The position numbers were made by a program, and so were the translations under genes. Below, piece by piece: positions 1 to 8,631 of a stretch of DNA of 64,000 bases (the stretch's first letter is position 1; each line of letters begins with the position of its first letter). Source of the DNA: Promethearchaeia archaeon (GTDB taxonomy: Archaea; Asgardarchaeota; Lokiarchaeia; Sigyniarchaeales; SOKP01); the NCBI GenBank assembly GCA_029856045.1, contig JAHQWG010000016.1, positions 352,001 to 416,000 on the forward strand. Direction: 5' to 3'. The notes under the pieces are model-generated. The model was not told where the DNA came from. It did no database searches and saw only the letters and a list, made by a program, of their open reading frames with translations.

Positions 1-2
1 AA

Positions 3-326
3 GATTCCTCAATAAATATAGGATATTTTATTGCTAGCTATGAAAATAATGTTAATTTAATTAAAAGGAGAATTATAGAAAAACTTAATGCTATTGAGGG
101 AATATCATTGATTACAGAAAAATCTTTAACAAAACTTCAAAAAATTATCAATTTTTTTAATATTTCTATCAATCAGCTTGAAATTTACTTTCATTCCCAT
201 GAAAAGGAATTTATTTCTGATAATTTTCTAGAGAATAATAATTTAAACGATTTATATAACATATGCTTAGAGATAATTTTGGAAAAAATGGTATTGTTGT
301 CTCTAGAAAAAGTCTCTATTGAATAA
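3..326 (+). CDS. C-terminal part of a probable KEOPS subunit Cgi121 (5'-truncated by the window edge)
   Basis: The frame of ORF 108..326 is open back to position 3 (DSSINIGYFIASYENN...). The C-terminus IILEKMVLLSLEK resembles Cgi121 C-termini, and the neighbours are THUMP and Sua5/TsaC genes. Confidence 0.5.
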   Translation, partial: DSSINIGYFIASYENNVNLIKRRIIEKLNAIEGISLITEKSLTKLQKIINFFNISINQLEIYFHSHEKEFISDNFLENNNLNDLYNICLEIILEKMVLLSLEKVSIE

Positions 327-849
327 TACGAACTTGTTCTTTAGCTACACTTAAAATGTCACTTTTTGTTATAAATGATATACCAGTAAAACCCCCCAAT
401 ATCTCAATATTTACGATTTTATCTGGCTCTTTTAAATCTACTTTATTTTGAAGATCAGTTGCTATATGTTCAATTATTTTTAATTTAGAAGTCGCAAAAT
501 TTCTTTTTTGAATTTGTATTTTAAATGTTTCATTTTTTTTTATAGCTTTATGAAACTTATCAATAACTTTCATTTTTATTAAATCTAAATCGGTTTCACA
601 AACATATTCAATAGGAGTTATTTTTAAGACATATTGAAAAAAATAGGGATTTCTTAGTATAATTTTCCTTAATTTTTTTATACATTTTTTGGGATTTAAA
701 TTTGTAAATGCAATAAATAATCCAGGGAACTCCACTCTAAAAATTAAGGGAAATTCATCACCCATCATAAATAATAAAAACCAAAGCTCTGCTTTAGCAT
801 TTATTTCATTATTTCTTGATGTGGATATTAACATATTAAAATTTTTCAT
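316..849 (-). CDS. Stand-alone THUMP domain protein (Tan1-like tRNA-modification adaptor)
   Basis: THUMP motifs ETFKIQIQKR and KVDLKEPDKIVNIEILG. Confidence 0.85.
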   Translation of the reverse strand: MKNFNMLISTSRNNEINAKAELWFLLFMMGDEFPLIFRVEFPGLFIAFTNLNPKKCIKKLRKIILRNPYFFQYVLKITPIEYVCETDLDLIKMKVIDKFHKAIKKNETFKIQIQKRNFATSKLKIIEHIATDLQNKVDLKEPDKIVNIEILGGFTGISFITKSDILSVAKEQVRIIQ

Positions 850-1535
850 TAAATTCCTCCATCATCAATAATTTTTAAAATTTCTTCCTTAGAAATTGAA
901 CCGATTCTTAAAAATTTCAATTCTGACTTTTTTTTTGCTGAAGAACAATCAACAATTGTGCTGGGAATTTGTGTTAATGTCTTTCCACCATCTAATATTA
1001 CATCTATTTGACCAAATAATAATTTTGGTATATATTCTCCTTCTATAATGTTCTCTTGATCAGAAAGATTTGCGGAAGTTCCGATAATTCCCCCTAAAAC
1101 GCCCTTACTTTTAAGATTTCCTAAAATTGCAAGTATTACCTCGTTCTCAGGGACTCTAATCGCAACAGTTTGTTTACCGCCTGTTAATTCTTGAGGTATA
1201 GATTTTGAAATCTTTTTAACAATAATAGTTACTTGTCCTGGCCAAAAATATTCAGCAATTTGACTCGCATATAAATTAAATTCTCCGATCTTTTTTGCTT
1301 CTTTTATATCGCTAACTAGAATTGGAAGCCCCTTATCCTTTTCTCTAAATTTCATTTCGAAAATCCTTTTAATCACTTTAAGATTTTGTGGGTCACCACC
1401 GAGACCATAAACGGTATTTGTTGGATATGCAATTATTTTACCTTCAATTACTGCATCAGCTGCTTTCTCCAAAAAAATTTGGTCCAATTTATTATCTCCG
1501 CTCAATTTTAATAGTAATCCCATTATAAAAATCAA
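849..1535 (-). CDS. sua5: L-threonylcarbamoyladenylate synthase (YrdC/TsaC domain only)
   Basis: Motifs IIAYPTNTVYGLG, K.R...K.L, FWPG.VT, GTSANLS and PSTIVD. Confidence 0.92.
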   Translation of the reverse strand: MIFIMGLLLKLSGDNKLDQIFLEKAADAVIEGKIIAYPTNTVYGLGGDPQNLKVIKRIFEMKFREKDKGLPILVSDIKEAKKIGEFNLYASQIAEYFWPGQVTIIVKKISKSIPQELTGGKQTVAIRVPENEVILAILGNLKSKGVLGGIIGTSANLSDQENIIEGEYIPKLLFGQIDVILDGGKTLTQIPSTIVDCSSAKKKSELKFLRIGSISKEEILKIIDDGGI

Positions 1536-1558
1536 CTTAATTTCTTTTTAAAAAATCT

Positions 1559-2005
1559 TTATTTCTCTGGTGGTTTCCATTTTTCATAATATATCTCAAA
1601 CTTTCTTAGTAACACCTTTGGTTCTATCTTTCTGTTCTCACTCATTGCCTTAAATGCTTCTAACATGACTTCTAATTGTAGTAATTGAAATTCTTGATTT
1701 TTTTCATCGCTGGTTGTAAGAAATCGGTGCGTTATTTCATTAGTCTTGAAAATTTCCATAGAATTAATGTTGTAAATATCTAGAAAATAACCAATAAAGA
1801 AGGCTCCGAGAAGTATTATAGGAAATGCTATTATCAATATCCAAAAAGTAATTTCAAATGCTATAAAAATAAGAGAAACAGCACTGATTGTGGACATTGC
1901 GATTTGATAATATGACTGCCCCATCTTGAGTCGAGACATTTGCCTTCCGAGAAATCGAGCTGTTTTTACCCATTTTGACTTTCTAACTTTTTTGTCATTA
2001 AACAT
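1559..2005 (-). CDS. Hypothetical membrane protein (2 TM helices)
   Basis: 148-aa ORF with two hydrophobic segments; no recognised motif. Confidence 0.6.
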   Translation of the reverse strand: MFNDKKVRKSKWVKTARFLGRQMSRLKMGQSYYQIAMSTISAVSLIFIAFEITFWILIIAFPIILLGAFFIGYFLDIYNINSMEIFKTNEITHRFLTTSDEKNQEFQLLQLEVMLEAFKAMSENRKIEPKVLLRKFEIYYEKWKPPEK

Positions 2006-2057
2006 CTTTTCACTTTTTAATTTTAATTATTAATGAATGATTTTTTTGGATTTAATT

Positions 2058-2978
2058 TTAATATTCACTTTTATCCTTTAATTCTAATTCCAACTCAATG
2101 TGTTTCCATGCATTTTCTATATTTTCTTGCCATTTAACTAAACCAAGCTCAGAAAGTGTGTTAAATCTCTTTTGAATCTCTAAATACTCTTGAATTGGTC
2201 TGCGTTTCGAATGATCTAAATATTTTTTACTCGGCTTAGATAATTTAAATTCACCATTTTCAACTTCATATAATATCCAAAATCCAGTTTCCACAGCCAA
2301 TTTTCCTATTTTTACGGTATCTTCAGAAGCAAAACCCCAACCAGGGGGACAGGGGGCAAGAATGTGAATATATCTAAATCCTTTAATTTCTTTCGCTTTC
2401 TTAAATTTTTCATAAAGATCAATTGGATAAGAAGTACAACATGTAGCTACATATGGGACGTTATGAGCCGCCACTATTGCAGGTAAATTCTTTTTGAATC
2501 GTTGTTTTCCAAAGGGTGTCGTTGTAGTTCTAGCCCCATGAGGTGTAGACGAGCTTCTTTGAATACCGGTGTTCATATAAGCTTCATTATCATAACAGAC
2601 ATAAAGAATATTAGAATTTCTTTCTGCTGCACCACTTATACCTTGAATCCCAATATCTGTTGTTCCACCATCTCCTGCAAAAACTAAAGAAGTCATATCA
2701 TCCCAACCTTTAGCTTTAAACGCTGCATCTAGACCAGATGCCGCTGCTGCTGCAGCAGCAAATGCCATATTAATAAAAGGGAAATTTGAGGCAGTTTTAG
2801 GCCATAACCCAACAACCACATTAAGGCAGCTTGCCGGAGCAACCAGAACGGTCTTAGGACCGAGCGCTTTCATCGCCCATCTAAGTGCCAATTCCAATCC
2901 ACAACCAGCACACGTTGAATTTCCTGCTAAGAAGAATTCTTCTCTAGCTGTTTCTTGCAATTCTTTTAAACTAACCAT
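2058..2978 (-). CDS. porB: Pyruvate/2-oxoacid:ferredoxin oxidoreductase beta subunit
   Basis: CAGCG, TPP-binding GDGG...DNEAYMNTG.QRS, and PCPPGW. Confidence 0.93.
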   Translation of the reverse strand: MVSLKELQETAREEFFLAGNSTCAGCGLELALRWAMKALGPKTVLVAPASCLNVVVGLWPKTASNFPFINMAFAAAAAAASGLDAAFKAKGWDDMTSLVFAGDGGTTDIGIQGISGAAERNSNILYVCYDNEAYMNTGIQRSSSTPHGARTTTTPFGKQRFKKNLPAIVAAHNVPYVATCCTSYPIDLYEKFKKAKEIKGFRYIHILAPCPPGWGFASEDTVKIGKLAVETGFWILYEVENGEFKLSKPSKKYLDHSKRRPIQEYLEIQKRFNTLSELGLVKWQENIENAWKHIELELELKDKSEY

Positions 2979-2980
2979 TG

Positions 2981-4216
2981 TTATTTTACCTCCAAAATGC
3001 CATCCCAGAGAGTCCCATGTATCATATCCTGTGGAAATTCTCCTGTCTCTTTTAATTTTATTAATTTTTTAAATTCTTCCTTCTGTTGTTCTACTGATAC
3101 TTCTCTCCCTCCAATTCCAGTAATAATCGGTAGAATAGTTGTATCAATTCCTGTTCCGTGAAGTGCGCTTTTACATTCAGAACTAACTGCACCTCCAGTT
3201 GGTGATCCAAAAGCTGTATCTCGATCAACTACTCCAATAACATCAACCTTTTTCGCTATGTTTATAATTTCCTCAGTAGGAAATGGTCTAAAATGTCTTA
3301 ATTTTACTGAACCCACTTTATAACCCTCCTGTCTTAATTCATCTACTGCCTGCTCTGCTTGTAGTGCAAGCCCTCCAATATTAATCAATGCTACTTCCGC
3401 ATCATCCATCTTATATTCTTGAATAAGTCCATTTCCATAACTTCTTCCAAAGATCTTTTCAAATTCTAAAGCAGTTTGTTTAATTATATGCCTCGATTTT
3501 ATCATTTCATCATGAATTTTCATTCTGAATTCATAATAAAAACCAGAAGGCATAATTAGATTTCCATGCATCATTGGTCTTTCTGGATCAATAAAAATAT
3601 GTGGCCAGCCTTTTTCATCAGGTAAAGGCGGCAGAAATTTTTCTAATTTATCATCAGGCTCAATAATTACTGGTTTAGATGTGTGTGATAATACGAAACC
3701 TCCATATGCAACAAACATTGGGAGTAAAACTTCCTCATTTTCACAAATCTTATAGGCCATTAAAACGCTATCATAAATCTCTTGATGTGAAGATGCGAAT
3801 GAAATTAACCATCCAGCGTCTCTCTGTGAAATTACATCAGTAAAATCCGCCCATATATTCCACGGAGGAGCAATTCCACGCGATGCAATAGTCATTACTA
3901 TAGGTAATCTCGCACCAGCTGCCCAATGAACCATCTCACTCATATATAAAAGACCTTGTCCTGCTGTTGCGGAAAAAGTTCTGGTTCCAGCAATGCTTGC
4001 ACCTACTAGAGCAGCCATGACTGAGTGTTCCGATTCAACTTTAATATATTGGGCTGGCATATCTCCAGAATCGACAAAATCTGAAAGTTTTTCAACAACA
4101 GTTGTTTGTGGAGTAATTGGATAAGCACTTATAACTTGAACCTTTGCTGAGCGTGCTGCATAAGCTGCTGCAACATTACCTGTAATAAACTTAATTTCCT
4201 GTTCTTTTTGACTCAT
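2981..4216 (-). CDS. porA: Pyruvate/2-oxoacid:ferredoxin oxidoreductase alpha subunit
   Basis: AYPITPQT, VESEHS and FRPFP motifs. Confidence 0.93.
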   Translation of the reverse strand: MSQKEQEIKFITGNVAAAYAARSAKVQVISAYPITPQTTVVEKLSDFVDSGDMPAQYIKVESEHSVMAALVGASIAGTRTFSATAGQGLLYMSEMVHWAAGARLPIVMTIASRGIAPPWNIWADFTDVISQRDAGWLISFASSHQEIYDSVLMAYKICENEEVLLPMFVAYGGFVLSHTSKPVIIEPDDKLEKFLPPLPDEKGWPHIFIDPERPMMHGNLIMPSGFYYEFRMKIHDEMIKSRHIIKQTALEFEKIFGRSYGNGLIQEYKMDDAEVALINIGGLALQAEQAVDELRQEGYKVGSVKLRHFRPFPTEEIINIAKKVDVIGVVDRDTAFGSPTGGAVSSECKSALHGTGIDTTILPIITGIGGREVSVEQQKEEFKKLIKLKETGEFPQDMIHGTLWDGILEVK

Positions 4217-4545
4217 TATTCAAATTCACTCTCCCTTTTCATTTCTATTGCTTTAACAGGACATTCTTTTGCACAAATTCCACAACCTTTACAATAAGTA
4301 TAGTCTATTATGAAAAATTCATCTTCACTCTTTTGTACAACTCCTTCTGGACAATACATCCAGCAAAAACCACATTTAGTACATTTTTTTTTATCTATTA
4401 CAGGTCTAAAAACCCTCCAATCTCCAGTCTCTCCCATACTTCCATAACAAGGAAATGATATGGGAATTGGGGTTAATTCCTTCCAATTTTTATAATTTTG
4501 AAGTTTAGGTCTTTTATCTTTACTTTCCGCTATTATTTTCCACAT
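4216..4545 (-). CDS. porD: 2-oxoacid:ferredoxin oxidoreductase delta subunit (2x[4Fe-4S])
   Basis: TGDWRVFRP plus two CxxCxxCxxxCP motifs. Confidence 0.92.
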   Translation of the reverse strand: MWKIIAESKDKRPKLQNYKNWKELTPIPISFPCYGSMGETGDWRVFRPVIDKKKCTKCGFCWMYCPEGVVQKSEDEFFIIDYTYCKGCGICAKECPVKAIEMKRESEFE

Positions 4546-4547
4546 AA

Positions 4548-5126
4548 TTAAATCATCTCCTTAACCATTTCAAATGCATCTCTAGCTGTTTTCATATTTT
4601 TCTCAGCTCTTGAACCAAATTTTTTTTTAATAACTTTTTCCATAATATCTAGGCCATAAAACCCAGATACCTTAGCAAATGCTCCCAACATTGGGATATT
4701 TAAAATTGGAAACCCCTCTATTGCTAATTCATGCTTTAAAGAAATGCCAGTTGCATCAACCATATAAATTTTAACATTTTTTGGCAAATTATTATTAAAT
4801 TCAATTTTATGATCGGTATTAATGATTAAAATCACTCCCTCTTTAATAGTAGCAAACACTCTGGGAATCTTTAATAGAGTAGTATCAAAAATAAATATAA
4901 AATCCGGGTCAGTTACACTACTATAAGATCTAATTTGAGCATCCCTAGATATTCTAGAAAAAGCTTGTATTGGAGCACCCCTTCGTTCGGCACCAATTAT
5001 TGGTATAGCTATTGCATCTTTAAAACCACTTTCATATGCCATTTCTGACAGTAACTGGGAAGCGGTAATAGCAGTTTGACCCCCCCTCCCGTTAAAGGCA
5101 ATTTCAATAATTTTTTTCTCTATCAT
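4548..5126 (-). CDS. porG: 2-oxoacid:ferredoxin oxidoreductase gamma subunit
   Basis: GRGGQ and GAERRGAP motifs; first gene of the porGDAB operon. Confidence 0.92.
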   Translation of the reverse strand: MIEKKIIEIAFNGRGGQTAITASQLLSEMAYESGFKDAIAIPIIGAERRGAPIQAFSRISRDAQIRSYSSVTDPDFIFIFDTTLLKIPRVFATIKEGVILIINTDHKIEFNNNLPKNVKIYMVDATGISLKHELAIEGFPILNIPMLGAFAKVSGFYGLDIMEKVIKKKFGSRAEKNMKTARDAFEMVKEMI

Positions 5127-5227
5127 TTTTCAATGCTCCATTGTAATGTATAATTTTAAAGTGTTCAAAATATTTGTTTTTATTTTTAATAAAATATTTC
5201 ATAATAAAATTATAATTATAATTATAT

Positions 5228-5773
5228 ATGGCAAAGATTAAAAAAGATGACTCTGGAAAGGATTTAGGCTTTGATTGTCCTGTCTGTAAAAAAGGAAGAC
5301 TCATTTTAAGTAAGCATATTCATGAACTTCCAGATGGAGATAAATATCTCATCATGAAATTCGAATGCAATAAGTGCGATTTTAAGAAAAATGATCTTAT
5401 TCCAGTAGAAACACCCATTAAACCAGGTAAATTTTTTTTAAACGTTAATGAGAAAGAAGACTTAAAATCAAAAGTTTTTAGGGCCTCTTCAGGTATATTA
5501 GAAATCCCTGAATTAGAAATGGAAATTGAGCCAGGTCCTGCAGCAGACTTTTATATTACAAATATTGAGGGTGTATTATCTAGAATGAAAGATGCTGTTT
5601 TATTTTTTAAAAAAGGGTTATCTGAAGAAAATCAAAAAGTGAATAAAATCCTTGAAAATATAGATAGGGCCATTAATGGGGAATTTAAATTCACATTAAT
5701 AATAACTGATGAATTAGGAGGGAGTTATATCGTGCCCGTTAATAAAAAGTCATTAAAAATTGAATATTTTTAA
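5228..5773 (+). CDS. zpr1: ZPR1 zinc finger protein (archaeal single-module form)
   Basis: CPVC...CNKC followed by IPELEMEIEPGP, ITNIEGVL and FTLIITDELGGSYI. Confidence 0.9.
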   Translation: MAKIKKDDSGKDLGFDCPVCKKGRLILSKHIHELPDGDKYLIMKFECNKCDFKKNDLIPVETPIKPGKFFLNVNEKEDLKSKVFRASSGILEIPELEMEIEPGPAADFYITNIEGVLSRMKDAVLFFKKGLSEENQKVNKILENIDRAINGEFKFTLIITDELGGSYIVPVNKKSLKIEYF

Positions 5774-5788
5774 AAAAGATTAAACTTT

Positions 5789-6964
5789 TTACTGTTTTGA
5801 TTTATAGCGAACTTTAACTAATAAATCCCTTAATTCTATTTTATCGCTATCTTTTTTTATATACTTTTTCCGTGCACCTTCTTCAAGAGGTATGGTTAGA
5901 ATCTTATTTCCTTGAAGTGACACCATTTTACCAAAATCTTCTTTAATCACCTGTTTCATAGCACCTAAACCAAACCTTAATCCTAAGATTCGATCAAATG
6001 CATTGGGAGTTCCTGCTCTCATTGTATGTCCTAACACAACACTTCTACATTCAAAATCCACACCATTTTTCTGAAATTCTTCTTTTAAATCGTCTCGCAA
6101 GTTTAATTCTTGGACTAATATTTTACTAATTTTTAAAGATGATAATAAAGAATTGCCGTATTCATCTTTGGGTAAATTATCTATTGTTTCTTTCGTAATT
6201 GTCTTAAAATCTCTTGATAATGATTCTTTGCTTGGATAAGCTCCTTCAGAACAAGCAATAAGATGATATTTATAGCCACTTCTTACTCTATTTTTAAGCA
6301 CATCGATTAGATCCAATTCTAAATCAAAAGGAGTTTCAGGAATTAAAATAATATCTGCACCAGTTGAAATTCCACTATACATAGTTAAAAAACCAGCATC
6401 TCTTCCCATAACTTCAACAATAAATACTCTCTGGTGGGATCTGGCAGTGGTTGTAAGATTGTCCATTACATTCGAAGCTAGTTGAACTGCACTCCAGAAT
6501 CCGAATGTATAATGTGTTCCTAATAAATCATTATCAATTGTTTTAGGAACTCCAATAACTTTTGCATTGGAATATTTAAACATTGCAGCAGCAACTCCTA
6601 ATGTATCATCGCCACCTATGGCAATAAGGGCATCAATATCTAAATCTTTAAATTTCGATGCCATCTCAGTTGCAATTTTTTTTGCTAATTCTTCTTTTTC
6701 CTTCTGGTTCGATATTTTATGTATTGCTTTATAAGGATTAAATCTTGATGTATAAATTAAAGTTCCTCCTACAGTGTGTAAATCATCTAACTCAGCTATA
6801 TTAAGAGGTTCTTTAATATTCTCCATAAAACCTTTCCATCCCTTTTTAATTCCAATACATTCAATTCCAGAATCAAATGCTTTCAATAGTATCCCATAAA
6901 TAACTGAATTCAAACCTGGAGCGTCTCCGCCGCCTGTCAAAATCCCTACCTTTTTTATAGCCAT
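5789..6964 (-). CDS. pfkA: PfkA-family 6-phosphofructokinase, probably PPi-dependent
   Basis: TGGGDAPGLN, IGGDDT, PKTIDND and EVMGR motifs. Confidence 0.9.
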   Translation of the reverse strand: MAIKKVGILTGGGDAPGLNSVIYGILLKAFDSGIECIGIKKGWKGFMENIKEPLNIAELDDLHTVGGTLIYTSRFNPYKAIHKISNQKEKEELAKKIATEMASKFKDLDIDALIAIGGDDTLGVAAAMFKYSNAKVIGVPKTIDNDLLGTHYTFGFWSAVQLASNVMDNLTTTARSHQRVFIVEVMGRDAGFLTMYSGISTGADIILIPETPFDLELDLIDVLKNRVRSGYKYHLIACSEGAYPSKESLSRDFKTITKETIDNLPKDEYGNSLLSSLKISKILVQELNLRDDLKEEFQKNGVDFECRSVVLGHTMRAGTPNAFDRILGLRFGLGAMKQVIKEDFGKMVSLQGNKILTIPLEEGARKKYIKKDSDKIELRDLLVKVRYKSKQ

Positions 6965-7047
6965 AAAATTTCACATTAAATAATTATAATTGAAATATAT
7001 ATTTTTATTAGAGTAATTTAAATGTAAATTTATTTTTATTTAATAAT

Positions 7048-7719
7048 ATGTATTACTTCAAAGTATCACTATTTAATACTTGGAATCCCCTAGATGTAAA
7101 AATATCATCAGACGTGAATTTAATTTCCTTGAAGTATATACTTGGAAAATTTCCAAAGATCGAAAACAAGTTTTTTGAGGATCTTGAAGAGAGTATTAAG
7201 AAAAAACCACATTATTTTTCACAGGATTCTATTAAAAGAGTTATTGGACCAGAAAAGGAAGAATATGATATATCTAATTGGTTTTTTCTATGGGGTTTTG
7301 ACTTTAAGAAACGTGGGTATCAATTGTTAATCCAAATTGATAAAGAAGGAAAGGGCATATTAGCAGCGATTGGTCCAATGGAATTGGCATCCTTCTTCGA
7401 TCGGATGAAATTGAATAGTATATTACCAACACTATCTTTAATAAATTCACCAGATAAGATGAAATTTGTAGTTTTTTTAAAACCGAGAGGTGATTCGATT
7501 ATTAAAGGATTAGAGATGGAGGGCATTGAAAAGGGAAAAATCCAGCAAATAATGGATTACTGGAAAACTTTAAAAAACATTGATGGCCAATGGTTTCCAA
7601 CATTTAAACCCAGATGTCCTAGATGTGGTAATCTTATAGAAGGATTACATGGTTATGAGATTGGTTTTATTCCATTTATATGTCCTAAATGTGGATATGA
7701 GATAAAAAAAAAGAGTTAA
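7048..7719 (+). CDS. Hypothetical protein with C-terminal C4 zinc ribbon
   Basis: CPRC...CPKC at the C-terminus; the N-terminal region is unrecognised. Confidence 0.65.
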   Translation: MYYFKVSLFNTWNPLDVKISSDVNLISLKYILGKFPKIENKFFEDLEESIKKKPHYFSQDSIKRVIGPEKEEYDISNWFFLWGFDFKKRGYQLLIQIDKEGKGILAAIGPMELASFFDRMKLNSILPTLSLINSPDKMKFVVFLKPRGDSIIKGLEMEGIEKGKIQQIMDYWKTLKNIDGQWFPTFKPRCPRCGNLIEGLHGYEIGFIPFICPKCGYEIKKKS

Positions 7720-7741
7720 TATTTTTTCAAACTCTTAAATT

Positions 7742-8476
7742 CTATTCTCTTTGAATTTTATCCCTAAATTCAAGAAGTATATCGGGATAATTAGTATAAA
7801 TCGCATCCACGTTTTTACCATTATAATTCATTTTTAAAAATCTTTTCATATAAAATTGAGTATCTACACCCCAAATATAAAAACTAAATCCAGCATTTTT
7901 GATTTGCTTAAAAAAGTTCATTTTAGCTTGAATATTTCTGATATTGAAACCGTAGATTTTTAATTTATTCATCTTATTGAATTTTAAATCTTTTTCTTCT
8001 ATAATTGGGTGTCTTTCTGATATCGAATAAATTAATTTTGCTTCTTTCTCTATTTTTCTTATTTTAGAAAAAAGGTAAAAATAATTTCCAACTAACTCTA
8101 CTTTCTCAAGTATATTATATTCTCTGGCAAGTCTAATTATTTTAAAACCAACATTATTATCTTTTAAATCGATACTATACTTAATATTTTTACTTTTAAA
8201 TATATCAAATACTTCACCTAAGGTAGGAATTTTTTTATTTTCTTCAAGGCGAATTTCTTTAATTTGTTTTAAAGTCAATTTATTTATCTCAATCTTTTTA
8301 CCATCTTTTTCCACGAAATAATCGTGAAAGAGAACTATATGTCCATCTTTAGAAAGATGAGCATCCGTTTCAATCCCATCAACCCCCATCTCAACAGCTT
8401 TTCGAAAGGAATCGATTGTATTTTCAACTGAATAAATCCCCGCCCCTCTATGCCCCCATATAAAAGTTCGATTCAA
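7742..8476 (-). CDS. Glycerophosphodiester phosphodiesterase
   Basis: GHRGA..ENT, GIETD.HLSKDG..VLFHD, IPTL.E and IYTNYPD. Confidence 0.92.
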   Translation of the reverse strand: MNRTFIWGHRGAGIYSVENTIDSFRKAVEMGVDGIETDAHLSKDGHIVLFHDYFVEKDGKKIEINKLTLKQIKEIRLEENKKIPTLGEVFDIFKSKNIKYSIDLKDNNVGFKIIRLAREYNILEKVELVGNYFYLFSKIRKIEKEAKLIYSISERHPIIEEKDLKFNKMNKLKIYGFNIRNIQAKMNFFKQIKNAGFSFYIWGVDTQFYMKRFLKMNYNGKNVDAIYTNYPDILLEFRDKIQRE

Positions 8477-8631
8477 ATATAAAACACTTAAAAAATTAAT
8501 AATAGTTCCTAATTTTGAGTATGAATGATTAAATTATTTAAAAATCTTAAATGAATCTTAAAAATTTTTTTATATTATAAGATTTATACAAATAATATTT
8601 ATTAAATAACAATATTTAAGACTCAAGAATT

